Assembly (NCBI GenBank): GCA_964016885.1
Contig: OZ024741.1
Coordinates: forward strand, 197,036,001-197,100,000
Length of the DNA: 64,000 nt
Direction: 5' to 3'
DNA from: Eledone cirrhosa
Taxonomy: Eukaryota
A program made the position numbers and the translations under genes. Positions 25,206 to 39,565 of this stretch are shown in pieces. Numbering within the stretch: position 1 is the first letter of the stretch; the number at the start of each line of letters is the position of its first letter. The notes below the pieces were generated by a model. It did not search any database, was not told the origin of the DNA, and was given only the letters and a program-made list of their open reading frames with translations.

Positions 25206-27055
25206 CTAAAATCAAATAACAATGCCTGTCTGACAATAGAAATGTTTACACAGTGGTTCTTTTCTTTTTCATATTCTTTTCCAACAATAAAAAAAAAAAA
25301 AAAAAAAAAAAAAAAACATTGTAAAGAACACTACCTAAGGGATTGTGGAGTATTAATAGTACTTCAGGCCACACTAAAAATATTGAAACTGTTCAAGCAT
25401 GCATTTCTGTCAAAGTACCAAACCCCATTTCCCAGTACCTAATACCAAACAGTATTTCCTTACTCTGGCCCTTACAATTTGTTGAAGAAACAAACTGCCA
25501 AGATAAACAGCTGACAGGGACCTTCGTTATAACCACCATACATGAAGGCCATAATATCAAAGAGCCCTAGGATAAAACAACCGAGAACTGCATGAGAATG
25601 ATTTGAAAGAAACTACAATGACTTTCTGGAATTTTTCTAAGAAATAGTGCTAGCAGTCAAGTCATTAATAACTAGCTTAGCTATCTAGTGAAGTGAGAAT
25701 ACAAGTGTCAATGTGGAAGATCTGGAGGAGTTAATGGAGTTATCATCTTCACTGTTTAACATCTATTGTCCATGCTCGCATGGGTTAAATGAGCTGTCAT
25801 GTACTAAGACTAAACAGGACAAGTGACTACATCCTGCTCATATGCTCTGTTTTTGGTATGGTCTCTATGGCTGGATGTTCTTCCTAATGCAAACCACTTT
25901 ACAGTGTATACTAGGAGCATTTTTATCGTGACACCAGCACTACCACTTTATGAAGTAGAGTGGGTGATTTTTATCATGGCACCAATACAAACCTCATAAT
26001 ATTAGGGTGCTCAGCATGACCTTAATCAGGCTGGGGAGGCATTGATGGGAGTGAGGTGTGTATAAATGAGAACAGTCTCATTGTAAAGTTTTATGTATCC
26101 TGAAGACTCTAATGTTGACCCAGTGATATCAAAAATAATTCTTACTATTGAATTCTTCAGTAACTTCTTACCATGACATATGCACAATGGTCAGAGGGAC
26201 AGATTGAGATTGGTGAGCCAGACTAAAGCATCATTTGTAGTATTATGGATTGCCCCCCAGGCTGCCAGGAAAATGTCTAAGGGGGCAATCTCAAACAACA
26301 TGCAGCAGTCTGGTCAGGGTCCTCAGTCAAATGCTGGGCCTTCAGTAACTGCATCGCCATCATCATCATCGTTTAACGTCTATCTTGCACGCTAATGAAA
26401 TCATAGACCAGTTTATCGAAAATTACCCTGACTGGGAAAGCAGTAATATAGCTAAGAGAAACTTTTAAAACAGCTTGCTAACATGAATTACTTCATGTGA
26501 GAAGGTTCAATGATGTGTATTAGATACAGTCTTTGAAAAGCAACCAATGTGTGAAGAAGAAGCACAATGATTCCTCTCTTCAACTACAAACTCTTCTGTT
26601 TTATTTCTCACTGCTGCTTTTAAACTCAATGTTGAATAAGTCTGTGCACTTCATCTGAAAGTTGATTAATTTGATCTCATTCATAATTTTATTATAACAT
26701 TAAATTTTAATCAACTTGTTTTCTAATTAAATTATAAATCACAATGTGTGACATCACATTGTGTGAAGTGAAGTTATCTAAATATAGCAAGTGCTTCAAG
26801 AATACTGGAAGCACACGAAAATTCACCTAGTAAGCCCTGTAAAGTGACTGGCACAAAGCAGGGCATCCAGCAGTAACAATTATATCAAAATAGAATGCAT
26901 CTAAGCAAGACACTCCTCGTACTGGGATTACTCATACATACCCATGCTAACGTGGAAGATAGACGTTAAACGACGATGATGATGATACATGAATAATGTA
27001 TACATACATAAATAATGGCTGGCCCCTAGTTATTGAGTATGTCTATCACATGACA

Positions 27056-27096
<41 letters not shown>

Positions 27097-27264
27097 GCTG
27101 CGGTCAAATGTGGCTTTTTAGCCTGGCTAATGATATAAAGTGTATTGCAAACGTTCATTGGCAATAGCAGGCTGTGGTTGGTCACCATGTAGTTTCACAT
27201 GTCATTTGAGCCCTCTTACTAATCTACACTCTTTTCCACATGTTTGACAGGTATGATAAGCAGC

Positions 27265-27450
27265 ATCTCCAAGAGCAGCCTAGTAGTCAACTCACTGTGT
27301 GACTGCGAAGATGACTTTTCAGTCCAGTTTTGCTGAGGCAAAGCCTTGCGCAGATGTCACATGTCAACTCCATAGGATCACCTTTCCTGTCTGGAAAGTT
27401 TCTCGTTTGTGATTTGAGATGCCTCAAAAGCAACTTTCCCCTCATACGCA
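27265..27450 (-). mobile_element. BovB-type RTE 3' fragment
   Basis: YEGKVAFEASQITNEKLSRQER / ELTCDICARLCLSKTGLKSHLRSH*. Confidence 0.8.
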
Positions 27451-29299
27451 CAGAAATATAAAAATGTATAGATAAATATGTGATAGGGTGACAAAGAAAG
27501 AGAAAACATGGAAAACGAGATACCCATCACTACAATGAAAAGAAAAAGAAAGAAAGAGAGGAAAACAGTCATAGGGAAATCAGATTGTAGAGGGAAAATT
27601 TCATACAAAGTTTACTGAGAGGCCATGTAATTAAAACATGTTTTATTTTAGAAAGGAATTTGAAAAAAGGAGATTTTTATTAATTACTTTCTGTCCTGGA
27701 GAGAAATGTGGACAGCAAATATGTTTTCTTTTTTGTTTCCCTGTCACTCTTCCTTAAACTGTGATACAAACAGCAACCTGTTTTTCAGCTAAAAGTTCTA
27801 ACTGCATATTATATGTTTCCTTCTGCAAATTACTAGACCTCTATCTCTCCCTTTCGAATATATATTTCTCACTTTATTTGTGCAACCTGTAAAAATCAAA
27901 TAAACATGTTTTTACTGTTCCACAGTGCACCCACCAAATGATGTTAAGCCTATCAATCACATAATATTTTCCTTAGGCTGTCAACCTCACTCACTCTGAA
28001 AAGCACATCCACATGACCCCTTCGTATACATTTATATGTAGCGCTGATAGCTTGATAGATGCATGCACGCATATATACATAAGGTCAGGTTGCTTGCTCA
28101 TGAGTGCTTCTAGTAATATGTTCTAGGGCAGCCCTTCAGGTCATCATAATTTAAATGGCACATACATCAGGCTCATCTGGTGAAGAGGGTGATTTTTTGG
28201 GAAGCACCCTGCATAATTCTAATTTAGGCAGAAGGCTACAAATGGGGGACAGGTGTGAGTCAATTATACTAACCCTATTACTTAACTGGACTTTATTTCA
28301 TCAATCCTAGGACAATGAAACGCAAAATTGACCTCAGTGGAATTTGAACACAATGTAAAGAGATGGAACAAATACCACAAAGGATTTTATCCAATGATTT
28401 AATGATTCTACCAACCCATTACCCTGACACTCTGCATAATGAAAAGAAATCTGTCAAATGTCAGATCATCATCATCATCATTTTACACCCACATTTCCCT
28501 GTTTGCAAGGGTGGAACTCGGGAAACTTGCCAGCCATCTAATGTGTATATGCATGTACAAATATGTGCATTTATAGGTGTGTGTAAATGCATATTTACCC
28601 TTGTGCTGGTGTGTAGAAATGCCAAGATTTGTGTCTGGGCATGCAGAAAAATCCCTTAGAAAAGAATCACTCTAAAACTTTTGTAGATATGCTGCAACAG
28701 TGACTTTCAAGCATGGAAAAACAGATATAAATGATGATGATCATATGTACAACACACACACACACCTGTATGATTGCATCATCATGCCAGCTGATAGCCA
28801 TTTCATTATTCTCTAACTGACTTTTTTATATCCTTTTATGAGAAAGGTCTGAGAGAAGGCTCTCTGATATAAAATCTGTGATCGAAATAGTTACCAATCA
28901 TTTTGCTCTTGCTTGTCACTAAATATATAACTATGGATACTTACATAATGGCATACATTATTGTACAAGTATACATCACTATAATTCATTGATGTTCGTA
29001 TTTTTAATCACCTTATCCTGTTCACTTTTTTTCTTTTCCAATACAAGTCTTGGGGCAATGGAAAGGTTGCAACATGTGCAAGCCTAACTAGTTGGAAGTA
29101 TATAGTTATGAATCTTCAAAGGTAACAAGTATCGTTGCTTAGCATTGTTATGTCTTTACAGAGACTAGTTTGGATGGACATCACTGTCTAAACAGCCTTG
29201 TTTAGGGCAAGTACTGCTCACCTAGTTTCCTAAGAAGGTTTTTAAAAAAAAGCAAGGAGGAGAAAAGTAATAGTTACAATGCTGAAGAAAAAAAGAAAA

Positions 29300-29330
<31 letters not shown>

Positions 29331-30194
29331 TCCAATAAACTTGTTGAGCTTAGTTTTGATGGTTCCTGGAATTGCCCAAAACACAAGCAGGTTTTAAGCA
29401 GGAAGGAATTCTATGGATGTAATCTCAATCTTCAAAAATGTCTCTACATTAGATTTTTGTTGAGAAGTATTATGGAAAATTCTGGGTAAGTTAGCTTGTC
29501 TGACAAAATTAATAAATGTCTATACCTTCATGCTTGCCAAATAGTTCTTCTGCACTAAAATGTCCAAACTTAGATTGCAAAGACAAGTGCACAAGAATAA
29601 CATTCCATAGACATACACAACCAACCATGTAGAGATGCTGAGATATGTCTCATGTTTGCTCTAGAACTTGTAAATCATCAGCTTGTCTTAAGAGTTATAT
29701 CACAGTACACAGGTGCATGCCAGTAAACAGAATAATGAAATGGCTATTAGCTGGCAAGATGATACAATCGTGTGTGTGTGTGTGGGGAGGGGGGGGGGCA
29801 TATGATCATCATCGTTTATATCTGTTTTTCCATGATTGAAAGTCTCATGTTGCAGCATATGTACAAACTTTATTCGCATATTACAACTGTTTTGATATCA
29901 ATCAGCTCAGGGTAGAATGAAGACGACAAGGCCCGACTCTTTTTCGACATCCAGTGAGATATGTGGGTTTTTATGAGCAAAGATTCATCTAAACTGTTGA
30001 CAGAGGTCTCAAGATGTGTTTATATACACTTATTAATGGGTTTTTATGGAGGTGGGGGAGGGAGTAACAGTAGGTTTACATTTAAAGAGTGACGGATAAA
30101 GAATAAAAAATATAAAAGGTAAAAAAAAACAGTAAAAATTAAAAAAATGTTTTTTTACATTTTATATTATGTATACAGTACATATATATGTACG

Positions 30195-30468
30195 TATCTA
30201 TCTATCTATCTAGGGCGGGTAAAATTCCCGAGATCCATGGATGAGTTCTCTCCAGCGGTCTCTGTCCCTCATTATCGCTGCCATGTCCTGCGTCTCCAAC
30301 AGACTAGTGTCTGTCCTTAGGGCATCAACATACGTTAACCTTGGTCTTCCTCTTCCAGTGTGTTCATGCAGGGCCTCCCACAGGATAGAGTGCAGTGTCA
30401 ACTCTGGATGTCGGTGAGCATGTCCAGCTAACCTCAGTCTCCTCTGTGTCACTTTTGAGCTGACTTTT
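30195..30468 (-). mobile_element. RTE-clade 3' end from another family, with (TAGA)n tail
   Basis: QRRLRLAGHAHRHPEL..ILWE...GRGRPRLTYVDALRTDT. Confidence 0.8.
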
Positions 30469-30469
30469 G

Positions 30470-31822
30470 TATCATCATCATCATCATCATCGTTTAACGT
30501 CTATCTACCATGCTAGCATGGGTTTAGACGGGAATTGTCCCACGTGAGGCAAGATTGGTTGACTTGCTCATATAGGACTGTCTGGCGGGTTTTCTACGGC
30601 TGGATGCCCTTCCTAACACCATCCACGTTTACAGTGTGGACTGGGAGGTTTTTACTGTGTTACCTACACGGCCACATTACAGCGTGGACTGTGATTTTTT
30701 GTTGTGACACCTACACAACCTTATTTATTTAGGACTGGATGTTGTGGTACCAACATAACTTTACAGAGAAAGGGGTGGTGTAGATGGGGGTTGGGGTAGG
30801 TGTAGTGGGATAGCGGTGTATTTTTGGTTAGGAGGTGCCTACTGACTGTAGGTTTCGCTTTGTACATAGGCAAGGCGGGTCTTCTGTATTACTGCGTAGC
30901 GCCAAAGATGTCGGTCCAGTGACATTGTCTTGGAGAGGTGTAAGTGTGTAAGGTCGGAATTTATCAAATCGTCCCAGGTTTTTCTGGGTTTGCCTACTCC
31001 GTAGCTTCGATCTATTTTTATAGCCCTGCACTTTTTTACACAGCTGACATCTTTCATGCGCATCATGTGACCATACCAACGTAGTCTTCTCTCTGATCCC
31101 TCTTATTCCTAATTTCTCACTTAGTTCATTTATGCTTTGCCGTCCACGTATATTACTATTACACATCCAACGGAGCATGCAAGCTTCGTTCCTCTCCAGT
31201 CTGCGCAGATCCTCTGCACACAATGCCCAAGTCTCACTGCCATGTAACATTGCTGTTCATATGCAGGCATCATACAGCCTGCCTTTCATTTTTAGAGAGA
31301 AACCTTTAGCGGCCAATAGTGGTATAAGCTCTCTGAACAATTTCCATCCCGTTCTGACTCTAGCTACTATACTTTCAGAGCACCCTCCACCACTGCTGAT
31401 TTTGTCACCCAGGTAACGGAAATTGTCCACTATTTCTATAGAACCATCTGGGCAATAGAAGGGGCTAGTATCCTGTGGACACTTGCTACCTATTGCACCT
31501 GAGCACCGGCCACATATAAAATCTATGTTCTTAGATAGCTTACCTGTGATGCCACTACATCTTTTATGCACCCATACTTTGCATTTGGGACATAAAATGG
31601 AGTTTCTGCCTACTCCTTTCCTACACACTGAGCAAGGCCATTTCCCAGAGGGTACCTGTGCCTTATTTTCCTTTCTACAAACTAGAACTTTAGTCTTAGA
31701 CAAGTTAATTTTAAGGCCTTTTGATTCTAGGCCATGCTTCCAAGTTTGGAATTTCTTCTCTAGTTCAGCCATTGATTCAGCTATGAGCGTTAGATCATCT
31801 GTGTATAGAAGTTCCCATGGGC
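30470..31822 (-). mobile_element. RTE family A 5'-truncated copy
   Basis: ORFs 31257-31772 and 30828-31250 match 22085-23008; 3' UTR and (GAT)n tail at 30470-30830. Confidence 0.95.
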
Positions 31823-31840
31823 ATATATATATATTATGTC

Positions 31841-32028
31841 AGGTCGCCTCCGAGTGCTACTGGTAACATGTATCCCCACACAACCTGTCACATGGTCAGG
31901 TTGTCGGTGACTAAACTGGGAACCCCACCAAGCTTGCTTGGTGAAGAGTGTGATTGGATACCCTGCAGGATGAAAAACAAGACCTGATAAAAGGGAGAGG
32001 AACTCATGAGAGTCAACAGCCATCCACC
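31841..32028 (+). mobile_element. Structured ~190-bp interspersed repeat (RTE 5'-UTR-like)
   Basis: tgctactggtaacatgtatcc..acaacctgtcacatggtc.ggt.gt.ggcgactaaactgg; copies at 35032-35220, 57737-57893, 58815-59008. Confidence 0.8.
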
Positions 32029-32199
32029 AATGTGTATATATGTATAGGCATGTAAATATATATGTGGGTGTGTGTGTGTGGCATAGTTTGCATGTGCGTG
32101 TATTTTTATTTATTTTACTTTTTTTTTGTTTTTACTTTCAGCTTTCAAACTTTAAACTTTTAACTTAAACAACTTTTGAGGGAAGTACTCTCTGAAATA

Positions 32200-34835
32200 C
32201 CTGCGGTTGATACAGCTACCAATCATCATGCATCTGCTTGTCATTGGATTCTGGCTGTAGATACATAGAGAGCAGCATGCATGTAGCACAAGCATATGCT
32301 GCTTTGATCTCCTTGTGCAGATATCTCTTCAAAGTCCTGTGGTGATGGGGAAGCAGCAATATATACAGACCTAACAAATTGGAGCGATGCAGTTGCTAAT
32401 CTGCATGTAGGCAGCTTAAGGCTTATCTAACATCATTGCCAGTTTTCGGAATAGGAACTGGCTTTTGTGATTGAGCAGCTCTTTCAAGGGAGAACACTGC
32501 TCACCCAAATCTTGGGAGGGGTCTAGAAAAGGTAACCCAAACATTGTCTGTTCCACCATCAAGCTGGTCAGCAGCCTGCAGCTGATGGCTGTTCATACTA
32601 GCAGGAGAAAGAATAAGAAAAATAATAATTTTCGAAAGAATAGAATTGCACTGAATGCTGCAACGTGGAACATAAGAATACTTCTTGACAAGAAACTATC
32701 GACAAATTCAGAATACAGGATTGCTATTGTTGGCAGAGAATCGAGCAGATATAATATTGATATAGCTGCACTCTCTGAAACCCATTTTAGTGGGGAAGGT
32801 CATCTATCAGAGAGAGGTGCTAGCTATACATTCTTCCAGAAAGGGAAACCATATGAAGAGAAAAAGAATGGAGGAGTAGGTTGTGTTGTCTGGACAGAGA
32901 TCACAAAACGACTGGAGCAACCACAAGGCATAAGTGATTAATTATGCATCTAAGAGTTCTTTCAAGGAGACATTTCATGATTGTCATCTCAGTATATGCC
33001 CCTACCCTGCAGGAATCAATTATGGCTTTTTACCAAGATTTACAAAGGTGTATAACATCAATTCCACATTCAGATAAGATCTTGCTTCTTGGAGATTTTA
33101 ATGTGAGAAAGGATGACTATATCTGGAGTGTTTTAGGAGATCACGGTATAGGCAAACTGAATGCCAATTGTCTTCTCCTTTTGCAATTATGCACCGAGTT
33201 TCAGCTGGTCGTATACAATACACTTTTTCAGCAAAAGTAGATCCACAAGGCAACATGGATACACCCAAGATCAAAACATGGACACATCTTGGATTATATC
33301 ATTATGATGATCATCATCATCACCGAATGGATGTAAAATGATGATGATGATGATGATGATGATAAGGAAAAGAGACCTCCAGAATATCTGCTCTGTGAGA
33401 GTAATGCATGGTGTAGAATGTGGTACAGACTACAAACTTGTGCATGGCAAAATGAAGGTCCAGATCAGAAAAAAATTAAGGGCAGCAGGGGTACAAGTGC
33501 CAAAACGTATAAATGTATCAAAACTGCAAAGCAAAAATGCAAGATGCTCTTCAAAATCACTTGACAACGTCATCTTTGATGAAACTTAGAAACAGTTTAA
33601 AACGCAAGTTAACACTTTAAAGATCTGTTTGACAATGGATCTGTAGTTGATGAGGAAATGATTAATGGACTGCTGCAAAGGGAGACTGTAACAGAGATAA
33701 TGAATGATCCAAACTTTGATGAGATAAGGTCAACTATCAAGGAGATAAACATAGGGAAAGATCGGTCCAATTTGCTTTGGAGGAGACAATGTTGCTATGG
33801 CTATTCATGGGCTAGTCTTATTTGTATGGCGTGGTGAGCCTGTCCTGCAAGACTGGGTAGATGCAATTTTGCTCTCGTTTTACAAGAGCAAGGGCTCCAA
33901 GCCTGAATGTGGTGATTATCATGGTATCTTGAATCGGTAGGAAAAGTCTTATCCAAGGTCTTGCTGAATTGTCTAATAAAATGGATCTGCCCCGGTGCCA
34001 TCCCTGAGACCCAGTGTGGATTCAGAGCTGGGCAGGGTACTATGAATATGATTTTCTCAGCCTGTCAGTTTATGGAGAAGTGTGTAGAGCAGCAAGTGCC
34101 ACTGTACCAAGTATTTGTAGACCTTACCAAAGCCTTTGATACTGTTAATCATAGTGCATTGTGGGTCATATTAAGGACAGCCTTCATGAGTTTGTTGGAG
34201 TATTCAGAAAATTCCGTCAAAATATGAAAGCAAAAGTGAACTTCAATGGGACACTTTCAGAGCCAATTTCAGTGGACAATGGTGTCAAGCAAGGTGACAT
34301 ACCTGCACCCACTCTGTTCTCCATCTTCTTTGCCGTGCTGCTGACATATCCCTTCCAAGACTTCGAAATCAGTATATACTTGCGAATTAGAACCTCTGGC
34401 AAAATTTTTAATCTAAGACAATTTAACACCAGGTCCAAAACATTTGGCACTCTTGTTAGGGAGTTCCTGTATGCTGATGACACAGATTTTATGGCTCACA
34501 CAGTAGAGGACATGCAGTTGATATTGGACACCTTTTCCAATGTATGCACTGTTTGGGTTAAATATTAGTATAAAAAAGGCAAGGGTCATGTACACTCCAC
34601 CAGTTGGGAAAGTGTATGTGGAGCCAGATATTTTCGTGAGAGGAAAACGACTTGAGGTGGTGAACAGCATTGTGTATCTCAGAAGTGCAATTAAGAGATG
34701 GTACCCTTCATGCTGAAATAGATCACAGGATTGCGAAAACAAGTCTTGCCTTCGGAAAGTTTGAGAAGCGAGTCTGGTCAAATTGGAGTATCACGAAAAA
34801 CACAAAGCTCTCTGTGTACGAGGCCTGTGCTCTTA
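32200..34835 (+). mobile_element. BovB-type RTE LINE, decayed, with 5' UTR
   Basis: ATWNIRILLD, DIAALSETH, ISVYAPT, LLGDFNVR, PETQCGFRAG, FVDLTKAFDTVN, NGVKQGDIPAPTLF, FLYADD. Confidence 0.93.
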
Positions 34836-35611
34836 CATACATATCATCATCGGAAAATGGACGTTATAAGATGATGGTGATGGTGTGCGTGCGCGTGTGT
34901 ATGTGTGTGGTGTGTCTGTGTGTATGTGCGTATATGTGTGTGTGTGGGGGGGGGGTATGTGTATGGGTGTATATGTGTGTGTGTGTGTGTGGGGGGGTAT
35001 GTGTGTGTGTGTGTGCGTGTGCGTGCGTGCGAGGTCGGTCTTCAGCGCTACTGGTAACATGTAACCTAGTACAACCTGTGCATGGTCGGGTTGTTGGTGA
35101 TTGAACCGGCAACACTACCAAGACTGCTTGATGAGGAGGGAAATTTTGGACACCCTGCGGGATGAAAAACAAAACCCGTCAAAGGGTGGAGGAACTCAGG
35201 AGAGTCAATGGCCCTCCACTGAAGTTTTTTTTTTAGCTTTCTTTTTTTTTTTTGTGGAGCAAGAGAGTCCTACTTTTCATTAAGACATCTCTCCGGAAGC
35301 CCACTCTGATATAAAACTTACGACTTTGTTTGCATCCACACTCGATGAATCAATAAGGTTACAGTTTTGAAACGGCATTTCAATGTTATGTGTGCACGCA
35401 TAATAGTTAAATAGTGAGTGCAGTAGCTGTGTTTAGGTAAAGATATGTGATGTATCTAGCTCCTGGACAGACTCCGTTTCTATCCAATATTCTGCCTAAC
35501 AACCTACCTCCTTTTCAGACCTGTGATTATGTGAGTACTCTTTGATCATTTGTCTTTGTCTATTTGTCTTTGTCTATGGGTACATACACAAGTGTTAGTC
35601 AATATGTAGAT

Positions 35612-36022
35612 TATCATCATCATCATTTAACATCTATCTTCCATGCTAGCATGGGTTAGATGGGAATTGTCCCACTTGAGGCAAGATTGATCAATTTATC
35701 ATGTCTCGCTCGTATAGAACTGTATCAGGCAGGACTTTTACAGCTGGATGCCCTTCCTAACACCAACCACATTTACAGTGTGGACTGGGAGCCTTTTTAC
35801 CATGTTTCCTACATGACCACATGGCAGCATGGACTATGTGTTTTGTTTTTTTGTCGTGACACCTACACAAGCTCTTTAGTTTGAACTGGATGTTGTGGTA
35901 CCAACATAACTTTACAGAGAGGGTGGTGTTGGTGGGAGTGGGAGGATGGAGTAGGGTTAGTGGGTTGGGGTGTATATTTGGTTAGGAGGGGCCTACTGAC
36001 TGTAGGTTAACTTTGCACATAG
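35612..36022 (-). mobile_element. RTE family A 3' UTR-only copy
   Basis: Homologous to 30470-30870. Confidence 0.85.
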
Positions 36023-36284
36023 GAATATTATTATTTTATGTGACTGTATCCATGCGAATTAGTAAATGTATACGCATGTGTATGTATGCATGTGTATATA
36101 TGTTGTTTCATATGTATGTTTGTGTATGTATATGTATGAATATGTATATTATTTGGAGAATCCATTGAGATAAGTTCAAGTTTATTATTATTATTCGTAT
36201 CTCCAAGAATGTTCGGTTCGCATGAGATTTGTACATATTTATATATATATGTAGGTATGTGACATGTACATATGTATATATATG

Positions 36285-36343
<59 letters not shown>

Positions 36344-36489
36344 GTATGTATATGTGATGTGAATGTTAATATTTAAATTTGTTAGCGTATAGCCATATTT
36401 CCTTTTCATTTCACGCCCACCTGCCCCACCTCCACCATGTTTGGTATACGTGCCCGACGCTGTACGATAACCGCCCCCTTGTGAATATA

Positions 36490-39430
36490 TTATGGAACAG
36501 ACAAGGGGTGGACGTAGGCTCCGTAAGCCGTAGTTTAGGCAACCCGTCTAGGAGAGCTACCACTCCGAATAAATTGGTGTGGAGTAGAGAAGTCCCCTAA
36601 GTCCAGTAAGGCAACTTCCCTAGTGCTGGTAGCACGAATAAAAGCACTCAGTCCATGCTGTAAAATGGAGGGGTAAAGAGGGCCCTGAGTCCAGTAAGAT
36701 AACCTCTTTAGTGCTGGTGATACGAATAAAAGCACCCAGTCCATGGTGGTGCTGGTGTTAGGAAGGACATCCAACCAGTATATATACTACTGCCAAACAC
36801 TTTGTTATGCTAGCAGGGGACTTCAATGGACATATTGGACAGCTCCAGGATGGATATACTGGGATACATGGTGGGCACGGTTACGGCTCAAGAAATGAGA
36901 GTGAGGCTTCTTGAATTTTGTGATGCAAATGCACTAACCATTTGCAACACTAACTTCCAGAAACCTACCAACCACCTAATAACCTACAAATCAGGCGAGC
37001 ACATAAGCCAGATTGACTTCCTGCTAGTTAGACAGCGAGACAGACAGATGGTGTCAAATACTAAGGCATACCCTGGGGAAGAATGTACCCCACAGCATAG
37101 GTTAGTCATTAGTGACATCTCAGTAAGCATGAGAAAGAATGAGACATACAGGAAAGTGTGGAAAAGAAAGGTCTGGAAGCTAAAAGACCTTTCATTAAAA
37201 TATAAATTTAGCAAAGCCCTTCAAGACGTGTATGACGAAAAATAAGACGATTTAGAGTTGTATGACATAGATGATAACTGGACTTTCTTATGTGACAACT
37301 TACTGCATGCTACGGAAGAAACTTGTAGTTGGGGCAGAGCTTTAACCAGACAGAGAGTGACCTGGTGGTGGAACAGTACGGTAGATAGGGCCATTAGAGA
37401 CAAAAGACTAGCATGGAAGGCTTGGAAAAATGGTGGGAGTAAGGAAGGATACACAGCTGCTAGGAGAGAAGCTAGACGTCAGGTGTACTTAGCACGCAGG
37501 GAGGCTGAGAGTAGGAGGTTTGCCAATGTTCTGCGATGGGAAGATCAGAGATGTGTGGTGTTCCGCATTGCAAGGCAGTGTGTCAATGCAAATCAGGATG
37601 TTGTTAGAAATAAATGTGTCCGGAATGATGCCGGTGTACTTAGTGTCACAAATGATCAAAAAAAAGGAGGCCTGGAAATGTGACTATGAGAGACTGATGA
37701 ATGTGGAGAACGAATGGGAGAGAGACAAATTACCCTTGGTAGATCCAACAGAGGGACCAGCTATTGAGATTGACGAATATAGGGTACAAGAGGCAATTAA
37801 AGAAATGAAGAATGGTAAGGCTGCTGGACCGTCGGGGATAGTTGCTGAAGGCTTCAGGTGCAGTAGGCATTAAACTGGTTGCATGCATCATCAATCAAGT
37901 TATATATGGTGGTGTCATACCCAAAGACTGGTGCAGCAGTATTCTCATAAATTGCTACAAAGGTAAAGGGGATGCTCTAGAGAGGAGCAATTATAGGGGC
38001 ATAAAGCTGATGGATCAGGTTATGAAAGTGGCAGAGAGAATATTAGTGCAACTGATTAGAGAAAGGGTCAAATTAGATATGATGCAGTTTGGTTTTGTGC
38101 CTGGGAAAAGTACAACAGATGCTCTCTTCTTAGTGAGGCAACTACAAGAGAAGTTCTTAGAGAAGAATAAGCCACTATACTTAGCTTTTGTTGACCTAGA
38201 GAAGGCCTTTGATAGGGTCCCCCGATCTGTCATCTGGTGGTCCCTAAGGAAACTAGGTGTGGAGGAATGGCTTGTGAGGGCAGTGCAAGCTATGTACAGG
38301 GGGTGCTGTCAGTAAAGTCAGAGTAGGAATGGAGTTTAGTGAGGAATTCCAGATACAAGTAGGTGTACATCAGGGTTCGGTCCTCAGCCCGCTCTTGTTC
38401 ATTATAGTCCTCCAAGCCATAACAGAGGAGTTTAAGACTGGATGCCCATGGGAACTTCTCTATGCTGATGATCTGGCTCTTACAGCAGAATCAGTAGAGG
38501 AGCTAGAGAATAAATTCTGGCTATGGAAACAGCAGTTGGAATCAAGAGGACTGAGAGTGAACATGGCTAAGACAAAAGTATTGATAAGTAGTAGAGAGGA
38601 CAATACTCCGATTCCATCAGGGAAATGGCCATGTTCGATATGTAGGAAAGGAACTGGCATAAATTCCATAAAATGTACACAATGCAGATCTTGAGTACAC
38701 AAGAGATGTAGTGGGATAGCAGGAAAACTAACAGGTAGGGAAAACTACGTATGCAGTAGATGTACAGGGAAAGTTGGCAGTATTAATCACAGTGATAGAC
38801 ACATTTTTCCAATGCAGGTGAGTTCTATAAAAGTGGTTGATAGCTTCCGGTACCTTGGAGATCAGATTAGCATAGGGGGGGGGGGGCGTTCCGAGGCCAT
38901 AGTATCTAGAATAAGGACGGGTTGGAAGAAGTTTAGGGAGCTGCTTCCTTTGTTGACAAAGAAGAGTTTCTCCTTGCATACGAAAGGACGGTTATATGAT
39001 GCCTGTGTGAGATGTGCGATGCTGCATGGTAGTGAGACATGCGACAGCTGGAGAGAAATGAAGCAAGTATGCTCCGTTGGATGTGCAATGTCAATGTGCG
39101 TGAACGACCAAGCATGGACGAGTTGAGAAAGAAACTGGGTATAAGAGGGATAAGTTGTGGTATGCAGGAGAGAAGGCTGAGATGGTATGGGCATGTGATG
39201 CACATGGAGGATGACCACTGGGTAAAGAAGTGCCAAGAGATTCCAGTAGAAGGAAGACACAGAAGAGGTAGACCACGTAAAACATGGGCGAAGGTGGTGA
39301 GAGCAGACATCAGATCGCTGAAACTCATTGAGGAGATGACGAAGGATGGTGACATGTTGAGAGATGCTGAATAGGATCCATCCAACCCTTGCAAGCAGGG
39401 TAAAGTGGACGTAAAATGATGATGATGATG
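36490..39430 (+). mobile_element. RTE family B copy (5' UTR, EN deleted at its N-terminus, RT, PHD-like insert, short 3' tail)
   Basis: High similarity to 1340-3917; intact ELLYADDL; ends catccaacccttgcaagcagggtaaagtggacgtaaaatgatgatgat. Confidence 0.95.
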
Positions 39431-39472
39431 TGTGTATATGTATATCATCATCGTTTTACATCCATTTTTCAA

Positions 39473-39565
39473 CGCTAGTATGGGTTATGTAAATGTGTAA
39501 AGGCGCTAGTATGGGTTATGTAAATGTGTAAAGGCGCTAGTATGGGTTATGTAAATGTGTAAAGG
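39473..39565. repeat. Perfect 31-bp tandem triplication
   Basis: cgctagtatgggttatgtaaatgtgtaaagg x3. Confidence 0.95.

Noticed and set aside
27290-27380. C2H2 zinc finger as a host exon
   Set aside because: Context matches the BovB-type RTE C-terminus.
28938-29090. Minus-strand exon candidate ending at gtaagt
   Set aside because: Stops in all frames.
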